Positions 22,850 to 35,297 of a stretch of 64,000 nucleotides of DNA are shown here, in pieces; position 1 is the first letter of the stretch; each line of letters begins with the position of its first letter. The translations under genes were made by a program, and so were the position numbers. The notes beneath the pieces are model-generated. The model was not told the origin of the DNA. It saw only the letters and a program-made list of their open reading frames with translations, and ran no database searches. The stretch is from NCBI RefSeq assembly GCF_004010195.1, contig NC_057719.1, positions 71,874,055-71,938,054 on the forward strand. The letters run 5' to 3'. The DNA is from Chiloscyllium plagiosum. Lineage: Eukaryota.

Positions 22850-25760
22850 TCATGGACAGCAGAAGCCTCATTATGCATTCGGCATCCAGTGGCATCTTTA
22901 CTAAATTACAACTATTCAAAAAACATACACACGCTTGTAATTTTGCAGAGCAAGCAATGGATGATTCCAAGAAAAAGAACTCTAAAATGTTTTGCTTACC
23001 ATTATCAAGAAGGAACATTGCAGAATTATCACATCTAATCTTCCCTTAGATGATCAGAAAGATCCAGAAAAATTCTCCAAGGTTCTTGAAGACCAGTTTA
23101 AGGAGGAAAAAAAAAGGTCCAGGATCAACAAACTCCAACTTGTATCTTACAGGCTACAATCCCAATAGTTAGTTGACCAATTTTATTGAAGATGGCATAG
23201 CAAATGGCCTAAGTGTGACTTTTCTGAAGAGAAATTGTCATTGAATTAATTATTGCCTTTTCACCAATTAAGAAGGATACTTTGGCACATTACTTCAGTT
23301 TGGAACCATATAAAGACAATGGGGCAGGTCAACATGAATTACATGCTTTAGTTGCAACCAACACTACTGCTACAGCAAAATATACCAAACTAACAAAATT
23401 TGGAACATGCAGTTTGTCACATCTACAGAAAAGCTGTCCAGCTCTTTTTTGAAACCTACAAAGAATGTGATATCAAGGGACGTTGAGCAGACTTGTACAG
23501 GAAATCTGGTTTCAAAGAACCCAGAAGAAAATAGATGTGACCAACAAGATGGTGCAACATCACAACACTGGCAAGAAGCAAAGTGAGAAGAAGGCACAAA
23601 AATGCAAACTCATCAATAAAATTCAGAGTTAGCCAAGCAGAAGGGAAATTTCAGAAGGTACCAAACCTCTCTTAGGTTTGTTAACCTCATATATCATGTT
23701 AATGATATATAGCGATTAGAAGGTTTTACAAACATTAACATCATATGTCCTGAGCAGGAAAAGCAACAAGCACTAAAGGAAACAAATTAGCAAGGGAGCT
23801 AGCATCAACCTATCACCAAAATGCATCTTGAATGATATGTACCTCTGCAAGTGGCAGTCCATGGTAGAGTGTATGAGAAATCATCTCAATGCAAAAAACA
23901 GATGACCAACATGTTGGCACAATCTCACTGCACTGCTGTTTAGTAAGCACTTCTTGGTATCCCAAAATCTATCTGGTAGATATCAAAACTCACCATCATA
24001 GCAGAACTATCATTATGCACAAATAGTAACAATGCATGAGCAAAACTACACCCGGTGTGACAGAATAGACCACATGATGCAATCAAAATCACACTGCAAA
24101 GTCCAAAGATATGACTTTGAAGAGAAATTAAGTTTAATGATTGTCAGACAGCTGAGCAAATTCCCAACCCACACAAAGGGAAAGATTTAATCATTGCCCT
24201 TTGACACCCAGTGGCATTACCATCAATGAATGCCCCACTACCAATGTCCTGAGGTTTACCATGGGCCAGAAATCGAACTGAACTAGCCATACAAATGTTA
24301 TGACTACAAGAGCAGGTCAGAAGCTAAGGATACTGCGGTGAGTAGCTCACTTCCTAACTTCTCTAAGCCTGTCCACTATCTAAAAGACACAAGTCAAGAA
24401 TATGATGGAATACTCCCCACTTCCTGTATTAGGACAGTTCCAACAACATTCAAGATGCTTGACACCATCAGAACAAAACAGCCCACTTGACTGGCGCCAC
24501 ATTGACAAAAGATCCATTCCATCTATTGACAATCAGTTACAATAGTGTGAACCATCAACAAGATGATCTACAGAAATTCACCAAATCTCTTTAGACATCA
24601 TCTTCCAAACCCAGAATCACTATCATCCAGGTTAATAAGGGTAACAGGGTATATGGGAACACCATCACCTGCAAATTTCCTTCCAAGGCATTCATCATCC
24701 TGACTTGGAAATATACCTCAGTCCCTTCACTATCACCGGGTCAAAAGACTAGAACTCCCTGCTTAATGGTATTGTGGGTTTACCAAGAGCACATTGCCCT
24801 CAGAGGTTCAAGAAGGCAGCTCATCACCACCTTCTCATGGACAACTAGGATGGGCAATGAATGTTGGCCCAGCCAGTGCACCACATTCCATGTATAAATA
24901 AAAAGAATCCTCTTGATCACGATGCTATAGAATATACAATAGAAGACATTCTCGAGGTTGACCTGTTAAATTTTGGCCATAGCCAGTGTGAGCAATTGCA
25001 ATTATCAACAGCTGAAGATGTGCAACTGCAAGAGTTGTAAAAGATTATTATCCAGGGATGGCCTGACAGCATTACAGAAGTACCCCAGAAGATTTAGTCC
25101 ATTTGGCCATGCAGAGAATAACTTTGTATATATCATGACAAGTCACCTTCAAATCTTAATATCAAAGTCATTATACCAAGTTATCATGTCCATGTTACAC
25201 CAGGGATATGTGGATAATAAACACACAAGTCTGCTAGTTGATGAATCTTTCGACTGGCAAAGGATGAATCAGGAAATTCAATGACACATGAATGCATGTG
25301 AGCCATGCCAAATGCCCTTAGCAGCCTCTATATCTGCATGATGTTCCTTGAAGCAAGGTAACAACAAACCTATTCACTATGCACAGTGAATTGTGGTGGA
25401 TTACGTGTCTAAATTTCCTATTGCTCGATGTCTTAGCAACACAACAAGAGTGACCATTGCTGAGAAAAATGAAGGCTGTTTCAGTTTCTTTGGTATCCCT
25501 GAACAGTCAGTGATTGACAACAGAACTCAAAACACTGCCAAACCATTTCAAAAAAGGGTACCAAGTGAAGAATGACACATCACCCCATGATCCATACTCA
25601 AACAGTCTGGCAGAATGTATGGTACATTTGATCAAATCAATAAATATTAAGTGCCTAGTAAAAAAGCAAGATTTTCACACTGGTGATGTGTAAAAATGCA
25701 TCAATGCAACAGAGAACAGATAACCATCTCCATTACAACTTATGCTCAGAAAGCAGGTGA
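22850..25760 (+). mobile_element. Highly decayed Ty3/Gypsy internal region: gag, protease trace and integrase; RT/RH not visible
   Basis: gag-like RINKLQLVSYR..VDQF and KCDFSE; integrase IQGWPDSITEVP, LHQG, FDWQRMNQEI, CEPCQ, VVDYVSKFP, FGIPEQSVIDN, SPHDPYSNSLAE. Confidence 0.75.
24200..24900 (+). mobile_element. Non-LTR retrotransposon 3' fragment nested in the Gypsy remnant
   Basis: TQVKNMMEYSPL..FKMLDTI; tail ggttcaagaaggcagctcatcaccaccttctc...aataaaaaa. A short second copy lies near 25850-25962. Confidence 0.8.
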
Positions 25761-28489
25761 ATTAGTCTGAGACACAGGACATTCTTCTTCAAAGACCGAG
25801 GAGAATGAAGGGACTGTAATGAGCAAGGAGGTAGAGAACTATCACACTGTGCACTGGGCAGACTGTGTAAGTTCAGTGGTTCAAAAAGGCCGCTTACCAT
25901 CACCCTCTCAATGGCAGCTAGGGACAGGCAAAAATGCTAGCCTGCCACTGATACCCACATTCGACAATTTTTTTTACAAGTTAGAAATACAAATAATTGG
26001 ATACCAGCAAAGGTTTCTAACATACATAACCAACCTAGATCATGTAAAATCCTTACTGATCATGGTGCTACATGAAACAGAAGTCAGCTCAGATCAATTT
26101 ATAGCACTCAGCATATATGAAACGAGTGAGGAAGAACATTCCAATGATGATGTGTTTATTGATATTGATAGAGTGACGGCAACCAGCACAAGACAACAAA
26201 ATTGTCCAACAAAAGCAGTAGAGAACAATACATATCTTTCCAGACAAGTGTATGACAACTAAATCATAATGATTGGCCAAATCTCCAAATCATTACATTG
26301 CAGTTTGAAATATTAGTCTTGTAATCACTGTATTGCCTGTTTTCATATTAATAAAATTGGCAATATGTGTCTAGGTACAACCATGTATATCTGTTTGGGA
26401 TACGTTTTCATCTTCTTACACAGCATTCACCATTTTTTTAATGTCTCAGTCAATGTGCATATATATCAAGACCCAGGTTCAGCGTATCATCACTGTATCA
26501 TTGCATATGACCTGAAGGTATAAAGGTCTTGTTGGGCAGATAGTCTGGTTGGGGAGAGAGGAAGGTCAGGTGACATTCAATGCATCAGGAACGTGGTTCA
26601 GTCAGAAGAGTTTTCAGTATGGACCAGAGTAGATCATGAGGTTGAGGGGAATGGCTGTGCTTCAGCTTTACTTGGGTTGGATGGGACGGTGAGTGAGACA
26701 ATTATGTCAGGGAAGGTCTGTCAGCTGTAGTATGCAGCTCAATTATGCTGGCGAATCAAGTTAGTGCATGTAATATGCAGTTGAACATTTCCTGGGTAAA
26801 TGTGCAGGTAAATCCCACTTATCTTGTCCTATGTCATCTTGGAAACATTTACAGAGTGCCCTTATCAGTGCTAATCAACCCATTGGAAATCTAAACAGCC
26901 CAGTCAGTTAAAGTGTACGTGCACGTCAGAGTCCCAATGCATAAAATAGACTAAAGCCCCAAGTTTGATACTCTGGACCTCTGAAGACTCTGAGCCATTA
27001 TGTTCAATATCATGTGGTATAGGTCGGGCAATCTGCAATTGTTATTTTTCCAGGTACTATTTCTCCCTGTTTATGTTCTTTTCATTCTACCATGTTAAGG
27101 AGAGTTTTTAAGAAAATGTTCTTGCAGTTGTATGTCATCATGTTGTCTCACTTGATTTGTCAATTTACAGTCAAACTTTAGTTTTATAATCAATGACTGC
27201 AATCAGAGAACATAAGCCAAATCTAAACACACTGTGTTGATAGAATATACAGTCATAATCTTCCACTGGGGATATCTATGGACTATGTGGCTACTCTGAA
27301 TGATGGAATATTTGGAATTAATCCTCATTCATAAATGTGTATACCAAACATAAATAAAAGTTACATCAGGAGATTGTTTGGGGAGGTTCTTCCCCTCATC
27401 CACTAGAAATGTGATCCCTTTATCTCTCAGTAATTATTTAAGTGACCAATGACACAAATTTCCATAGTGGACATTCATACTCATTAGCAAGTGATTGCCA
27501 CAGCTAATCAGTTCTTTAAGAGAATATACAACATTTGCAGACCCACAAAATTGTTTTCAATCTCAAAAAAAAAGTAATTTGATTATCTCAAAATGGTTCT
27601 TTACTGCCCAATGTACAGTCTCAACGTGAAACTCTCAAGCAGTAAAAGCAGAGTTTGACTTGATTGGCAGCACCACCAGAGGGAGCCCTTCATGGGCTGA
27701 CATCAGACAACCTGTTAAATAGTGTTTCTGTTCTCTGCCACCGCCCCCATCTCTCTTTGTCTTGACCTAAATAGGCAGTGAGTAGTTACTGAATGTAGTG
27801 CTGCTACGTTGTGCTGCTGAATGTATACCATTAGTGTAAGAGGTCACAGCTAGGTGCATAGGGCTGGAAAACAATACACATTTCTGCCTGTTTTCTGGGT
27901 TGTGAATAGGTGCGTGAAGTGGAATTTGAGGTTTATGTTCTGGACTAGGTGTGCACCAGAAGAATATGTGACACCATATTGCTGCAGCTATTTGACATGT
28001 GTCCCAATGACTGCCACAAATACCAGCACCTTTTAAATATAATATTAAGGGTCCTACACTTAACTGACGCCTCTTTTCTGAAATTAGTGTCTGTGCACTT
28101 CTGCAAAGACACCGCCTAAATATGCTGAACAAATTGTTGTGGAACTGAACAGTTACCAGCATTCAGCATTCGACGGAAACCTCACTATCAACAAGCACTG
28201 CCTCTGGATAGTCACTTTTAGAATCCTTTCAGGCCCAGGAATATTGAAACGTGAAATAATTTTACAGAGTACATTTATTCAGCTTCTGCAACTGCTTGCT
28301 TATTGGTTTGAGTGGTTCCCAACATGAGGCAGCAATGTTTCTCACTGGAAGGATTTCCTCTCTCAGGATGTTCAATTTGTTTGGGAGAATTAGCAGTGAC
28401 AGCTGCAGGTTTGTGCTTAGTTTCATGGCAAGACTATGATATTTACTTCGGCAATCCCCAATAATCTGTTTCTCTCTCTCTTTCTGTGT

Positions 28490-28800
28490 TCTAATCAATC
28501 ATACGTAAGAGATGTGGGGATAAGAACTCTCCTGCTCAAGCCTGTCCTCTGGAACCCAGGTGCTTCTGGTAAATATCGATATAATGACAGCTAAGCAACA
28601 ACCAGGATTCCAGTTGTTTTAGGATGCCAATGATTTATTAATTGGGTCCAACAATGAGACAACTCAGGTGCTCATCTATTCTACAGTGTCAAGATTTCTA
28701 ATTGCTGGCTGCAATTCTGCTAAGGGAGTTTTGGAAAACGCTGAGGAAGAAGGAGTGAGTCAGGAAGTAGAAGGAAGAAGAGAGTGAAGAACTGGAGGAG
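28490..28800 (+). mobile_element. PIF/Harbinger DDE transposase fossil (C-terminal part)
   Basis: GDKNS..LLKPVLWNP..YRYNDS*ATTRIPV..MRQLRC..SRFLIAGC then an acidic tail, compared with the Harbinger pattern GDxGY..LxTP..RYN..H..TR..E..RFRCL. Confidence 0.55.
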
Positions 28801-29295
28801 GCAAATAATGATACATAGGAAATGGCCAACCAGACAATTACAAACAATTGTGATAATTTGTAATTCATAGTATGTACATTCCCAAGTCTTGGGACAGGCT
28901 AAAATCCAGATCTAATTGGCAAAAACAAAACCTGGGAAATTCCACTCTGGCCACCCTAGTAACCAATCAAAACTAATCTGGGAGATTCCTCTGGCCCTCA
29001 TGAAGTGCTTGCTTTTTAAAAATATAGGCTGAATCTTCATTCCAGTCCAGAATAGGTCCAGTTCTTGTTAAAACATAGACAAAGGAGGCAGGCTGAAAAT
29101 ATTGTGCTTGAGGTGCAAAATGGTGAACTATTGGAAAATGATGAACTATTGAGGAGAAATTCTTTAGTAGATCTTATGTACGAACATTTTCTTAGTAGTT
29201 TTGCTAAGTAACTACTTTCACTGCGTTTTACCTGCCTACCATGCCTGTGTCCCTGTCTCAAAACAAATGATACAAAATCAAGAACTCATCTAGTA

Positions 29296-29736
29296 GGGAG
29301 AGACTGAATAGGCTGGGGTTGTTTTCCCTGGAGGATCAGAGGCTGAGAGGTGACTTTAAAGAGGTTTATAAAATCATGAGGGTCATGGATAGGGTAAACA
29401 GACAAGATCTTTTCCCTGCGGTGGGGGAGTCCAGAACGAGAGGGCATAGGTTCGGGGTGATAGGGGAAACATTTGAAATGGACCTAAGGGGAAACTTTTT
29501 CACACAAAGGGTGGTGAGTGTATGAGATGTGCTGCTGAAGTATGTAGTGGAGGCTGGTACAATTACAACATTTAAAAGGCAGCTGTATGGGTATATGAAT
29601 AGGAAGGGTTTCGAGGGATGTGGGCCAAGTACTGGCAAATGGGATTAGATTAGGTTAGGATAACTGGTTGGCCTGGCTGAGTTGGACCGAAGGGTCTGTT
29701 TCCATGCTGTACCTCTCTTTGCTTCTATGACTCTAT
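29296..29736 (+). mobile_element. CR1/HER1-type LINE 3' end
   Basis: FSLEDQRLRGDFKEVYKIMR..RTRGH..FFTQRVV; tail ggaccgaagggtctgtttcc...ctatgactcta. Confidence 0.92.
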
Positions 29737-30299
29737 AATTGTAAGTCTATAGTTAGTTTGACAGCACATGTTGCACAAACACAATCGACCACTTCCCAAC
29801 ACAGAAACAATTTTGTTAAATTCTACTTGTACAATTGGCCTCTCAAGAATATGAAAAACTCTGGAGAATTCCTTTTACATCAAAATCATAACATACAAAA
29901 GCAAGTTTATTATTTCAGTACAAATTACAAAAAAATTTTTTTTTACTCTCCATATTGTTTCCTCGCACTCGGGAGTCTGAAGTAAGTTTTAACGATAAGC
30001 TGGAACTAAATTTACATGGGGCAAAGTAAAAATATTTTCACCTTCATCACGGGTGAGTTCAGTAATGAGTTAGAACCTGTTATACTCCTGAATGGGCTTT
30101 GCCAAAGCTGTTGAACTGAACCTTGGCACTAATAATGTTACCTTTGGGTTCCCTGGACAATTAGTATAGCACATATAGGAAGGATGACATCTACCAATTC
30201 CTAACGCAAAAATCAAAGACAAGGCTTTCAAGGGCCCAGCAGCACTTGATTTTAAAGAATGCATCCACTACATGAAAATTTGAGGGGACTTAGCAAAGC

Positions 30300-30450
30300 T
30301 GTTCTCCAGGTCTCTTCATGCTTACCATGGAAGTTCTGCTGTGGAATTTGAGAGACTGCAATAAGGTGAGAGGAAGAGAACAGCCTCTACATGCAAGCAG
30401 GCATGGAGGGGTGTGACCGAGGAAGTGAGCAGCAGAAGTGTGGTCTCTCT
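30300..30450 (+). mobile_element. Harbinger Myb/SANT-like fossil
   Basis: RKRTASTCKQAWRGVTEEVSSRSVV. Confidence 0.5.
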
Positions 30451-30567
30451 AGCCTAGTTGTGATGCCTCAAGAGGAGCCAGGACAGCAAGAGGGCAATGA
30501 GGACATTACACTGACAGGTGCCAAGCTTCAAACTCTGTCCTGTTGAGCAATCTCCTGTGCACTCCTC

Positions 30568-30662
30568 AGAACAAAAACAGAAATTTCCGGGAAAATCTCA
30601 TCAGCATCTGTGGAGAGAATTCAGAGTTAGGTTTCGTGTCCAATGACCCTTCTTCAGAACAG
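30568..30662 (-). mobile_element. PLE-type terminal fragment (family 3), degenerate hammerhead
   Basis: Minus strand gttCTGAAGAagggtcattggacacGAAAcctaac. Confidence 0.7.
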
Positions 30663-31867
30663 AACTCAGAACAATACACTTTACAACTCCACTCATTCCA
30701 TTCTCTCCAGATATCTCATGTCCCCATCTGAAGAGCCAATAGTGATACTAATCCTCATCCTGTTGCCATGACATTACCATATTTTACAATTAATCTCCAA
30801 ACATGATCTTTCATGCAATCTATACAAGAACATTATTAACACTTACAATCTCAGCCGATGGCGAACTTTATCAGGTCAGATCCCAGAGTGAAACATGGCT
30901 TGATAGATCACAACTTTTGCAGTGGTTACTGCAGTGGTTAGTCACCGGACACATGAATCACATCAGGCTGTTAATGCCCTTTACAAAAGTACAAGTTAAA
31001 AAGAAACAAAAAAAATCAGAACCACATGTAATACAGTTTAGAAAAGTCTTCATAGAAACAGGAAAGATAAAGTTTTGTCCTTTTTCCCATCGATAGTAGC
31101 CTTTGAGGTTATTTAATATTAGCTATGTATTTGTCCAACTTTAATTCTAATTTCTTATATATCTGATCTCTTCCCAGTTCTAGTGACTTAACTCTTTTTC
31201 CAGTTCTGTCAGCTTGAAAACCTCTACACAACTCTTGAAGCATGTAAACATTACAAACTAAACCCTGTCTATTAGTGGGAAATTGTTCTCTTAAACAGAA
31301 CTCCTGGTTTTCTGAACTAAAGTAAAAGCTAAACAATAGCCTCTGCTCTGATTTCTTTCTCTGCCTTGAATCCAGCATTGTAAACATTCCATCAACTAAT
31401 ACCACAGGTATCATCATAATCACTGAATCACATGCTTATGTTACGACATGGGGTAAACTCTCCTGCTTAATTTAAAACCAGCAACAAAGAAAAGATTCAT
31501 CCTGTGCAGCAATCTGCGAAAATCGAGTGGCCAAGAACTGTTCAAAGTAAAAATTAACAATTTTATTTCTTAAAGTATAACAGAGAAGAATTAACTAACC
31601 ACTGCTTACACTTTGTTTCTCTAACCTATCTCTTAGCTTCTCTTCTATAATATTAGTCCAATAAAACTCCCAATTAAAATTTACAAAACAACACTTCCTA
31701 TCTCAAAACCAGGCAGCTGTAGGTTCTTGTCTTCGGATCTTCCTGTGTCTTCTTTTCTCCTTGTTAGGAATTAGTTACAGGTTGCTGATCGAAAAGGAAC
31801 TTTTAAAAGAGTCTGATACAAGTTAGGCTTGGCAGTTCTCCCCTCAACTGTTCAATTTTCCCTGGCC

Positions 31868-33319
31868 AAAGAAATGTACAGCATGGAAAAAGACCCTTCG
31901 GTCCAACCTATCCACGCCGACCAGATATCCCAACCCAATCTAGTCCCACCTGCCAGCACCTGGCCCATATCCCTCCAAACCCTTCCTATTCATATACCCA
32001 TCCAAATGCCTCTTAAATATTGCAATTGTACCAGCCTCCACCACATCCTCTAGCAGCTCATTCCATACATGTACCACCCTCTGCGTGAAAAAGTGTTGTC
32101 CCTTAGGTCTCTTTTATATCTTTCCCCTCTCACCCTAAACCTATGCCCTCTCGTTCTGGATTCCNNNNNNNNNNNNNNNNNNNNNNNNNNNNNNNNNNNN
32201 NNNNNNNNNNNNNNNNNNNNNNNNNNNNNNNNNNNNNNNNNNNNNNNNNNNNNNNNNNNNNNNNNNNNNNNNNNNNNNNNNNNNNNNNNNNNNNNNNNNN
32301 NNNNNNNNNNNNNNNNNNNNNNNNNNNNNNNNNNNNNNNNNNNNNNNNNNNNNNNNNNNNNNNNNNNNNNNNNNNNNNNNNNNNNNNNNNNNNNNNNNNN
32401 NNNNNNNNNNNNNNNNNNNNNNNNNNNNNNNNNNNNNNNNNNNNNNNNNNNNNNNNNNNNNNNNNNNNNNNNNNNNNNNNNNNNNNNNNNNNNNNNNNNN
32501 NNNNNNNNNNNNNNNNNNNNNNNNNNNNNNNNNNNNNNNNNNNNNNNNNNNNNNNNNNNNNNNNNNNNNNNNNNNNNNNNNNNNNNNNNNNNNNNNNNNN
32601 NNNNNNNNNNNNNNNNNNNNNNNNNNNNNNNNNNNNNNNNNNNNNNNNNNNNNNNNNNNNNNNNNNNNNNNNNNNNNNNNNNNNNNNNNNNNNNNNNNTG
32701 AGATCTAACCTTGCTAATCAGTCTCCCATGGGGAACCTTGTCGAACGCCTTATTGAAGTCCATATAGATCACATCTACTTTCCAAATACATGTATATCCT
32801 GTCCCTCAGGATTCCCTCCAACAACTTGCCCATCACCGAGGTCAGGCTCACCAGTCTATAGTTCCCTGGCTTGTCTTTACCACCCTTGTTAAACATGCGA
32901 CACCACGTTTGCCAACCTCCAGTCTTCCGGCACCTCATCTGTGACTATCGATGATACAAATATCTCAGCAAGAGGCCCAGCAATCACTTTCCTAGCTTCC
33001 CACAGAGTGTTCGGGTACACCTGATCAGGTCCTGGGGATTTATCCACCTTTAACCGTTTCAAGGCATCCAGCACTTCCTCCTCTGTAACCTGGACATTTT
33101 GCAAGATGTCACCATCTATTTCCCTCCAGTCTATATCTTCCATATCCTTTCCTACAGTAAATACTGATGCAAAATATTCATTTAGTATCTCCCTCATTTT
33201 CTGTGGTTCCACACAAAGGCCGCCTTGCTGATCTTTGAGGGGCCCTATTCTCTCCCTAGTTACCCTTTTGTCCTTAATATATTTGTAAAGACCCTTTGGA
33301 TTCTCCTTAATTGTATTTG
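31868..33319 (-). mobile_element. CR1/HER1-type LINE (ORF2 RT to 3' end) nested in the solo LTR; spans an assembly gap
   Basis: KSPGPDQVYP, VPEDWRLANV, PGNYRLVSLTS, IYMDFNKAFDKVPH, ESRTRGH. Confidence 0.93.
32165..32698. other. Assembly gap (N run)
   Basis: Run of N. Confidence 1.
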
Positions 33320-33600
33320 CCTGGTCTTGTACTTGAGAGCATCGAATTGTGTCATTGGCTTTTAAGATTGTCAATATACTCAATTTGAACTTGATTGGAG
33401 TTTGTTATGTTTCGGGTATAATTTAAACAGATTGGCCGAATTCAAATTTGTTTTTGTCTCCGAGCAACGAACTAATCGAGTTGTTCAACCCAGTGTTACA
33501 TTGTTACCTTTTTGAGAACACTTAGTGCTGTGTCCGGTAGTTCTGCTGCTTTTAACTCTCTTAAAGGTATACCCACATCTTCATAAGACTTACTTTGAAA

Positions 33601-33860
33601 TATGATTTGGAGATGCCGGTGTTGGACTGGGGCGTAGAAAGTTAAAAATCACACAACACCAGGTTATAGTCCAACAGATTTAATTGGAAGCACACTAGCT
33701 TTCGGAGCGACGCTCCTTCATCAGGTGATAGTGGAGGGCTCGATCATAACACAGAACTTATAGCAAACATTTGCAGTGTGATGTAACTGAAATTATACAT
33801 TGAAAAATTGATTGTCTGTTAAGCCTTTCATCTGTTAGAATACAGTGATAGTTCCATTTC
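33601..33860 (-). mobile_element. PLE-type terminal insertion (family 2) carrying an intact minimal hammerhead motif
   Basis: Minus strand cacCTGATGAaggagcgtcgctccGAAagctagtg; possible TSD ctttgaaa (33593-33600, 33860-33867). PLE assignment rests on motif architecture, as no ORF is linked here. Confidence 0.75.
33692..33727 (-). ncRNA. Minimal type I hammerhead ribozyme motif
   Basis: CAC-CUGAUGA-A-GGAGC(GUC)GCUCC-GAA-AGCU-A-GUG; all core residues present, stem I CAC/GUG. Confidence 0.8.
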
Positions 33861-35124
33861 TTTGAAAGAATAATATATTTTACACTGGGATTTGAGATAG
33901 TTGTGCTCAACCCAGCTTCAAAACTGGCCTCTGTCCTGGTGTGGGTATCTGGAAATTCAGCTGTTAATCGGACATTACACTTCCTTCATTTCAGTTTTGT
34001 GTTGCTGTTTCATTTTTTGTGATTGCCTACTTTAACTAATAGCAATAGAGCTCTCACTTTTCAAATACGACTGCTGACACAAAGTAACACTTCATCCATT
34101 ATGCCTGATTTTCAATCCAGGGTACTTAGAAGTCTTGGATGTTGAATTCTGCTTGGAGCCTCTGTTTGTTTCAAATTCACTGCTGCCACCCCACTAAAAA
34201 TCATCTTCATGAACCAAAATAACGCTGAAAGCTTTTCCCGATGCTAGGAAAACATGGTAGAATCTGGTTTTAACAGCTCATTTTTAATAAGACGGGCCTT
34301 ACTGAGAAGTAATAAACTCGAAAAGAATCCTTTGAGTCATGTGCACATTTATGTAATTACCGGAGTTTCCCCAGTACAACTGATGCCTCTCGTGAGCTTA
34401 TCTCCCTGCAGAAGTGCAGCTTTAACATTAATTAATCTACACTCCCAAGTATTTGTTGGTAACAAGGCCCAGAACATTTTCAAAATGGTTTTCCTGCATT
34501 GATACCTTTCTTCAAAGTCTTGTGCAGCTAGCCTTGCTTTAACCCTATAAGTGCTATTAGGAATCACTTGTTCCCTACATATTCACCAAGGTGATAGATC
34601 TGATTGTCACCTGTCCAAAACCTCTGTGTACACATCAAATTCTCTCCAGAAATGTAATTTTGTTGCTTGGCCTCAATTTTTAACTTGTCTTCTCGTTTGT
34701 TCATGACCACTAAAACCTCCCGATCACATGGTTTTCAGTCCCGGTGGTACTCCTGGTTTATACCAAATTTATTAACTGTGCTAAACTACCTTCCATCTCA
34801 TTCCGCTCTCCCTTCCTATTATTAGAATGCCTTTTCAATGGTTCGTGATCTCTTTGAGCATCTTCATTCCTTGATCCACTATTTGAGCTTATACTGCATT
34901 TTTTTTTTCTTCTCTGTACTTCACACTTCCGATTCATGAATCCAACCTCCTGCCTTCATTCTCTACATTTATCCAGTTTTTACATTTTTCAGTGATCTTC
35001 CATACTCTATTTGTAATGGTCACATTTCTCCATTCACTAGCCTCTTCTGGCAAATATTTTTTTATTGCCCACCTTTGGCAATTGTCCTTTGGGATCAATT
35101 TCCTCATATTGACCAACAGAATTA

Positions 35125-35297
35125 GGTAGATTGGTTATACTAAAATTGGCCATTGTGTCCAGGGATATGTAGGCTAGGTAGATTAGCCATGGCAAATGTA
35201 GTGTATGGGTAGGTGATTGGTCTGATTGGAATGCTCTTTGGAGGGTCAGTGCAGATTTGACGGGCTGAGTGGCCTGCTTTCACACCGTAGGAATTCC
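35125..35297 (+). mobile_element. HE1-type SINE 3' half, degenerate
   Basis: gattagccatggcaaatg...ggagggtcagtgcagatttgacgggctgagtggcctgc. Confidence 0.75.

Larger units (their letters stand above)
31439..33588. mobile_element. Solo LTR (about 700 bp without the nested CR1), 4-bp TSD
   Basis: ctta|TGTTACGA...TCATAAGA|ctta; imperfect terminal inverted ends, with the terminal CA decayed to GA. Confidence 0.75.

Noticed and set aside
32050..32892. Long ORFs containing X
   Set aside because: They are open only because they cross the N gap.
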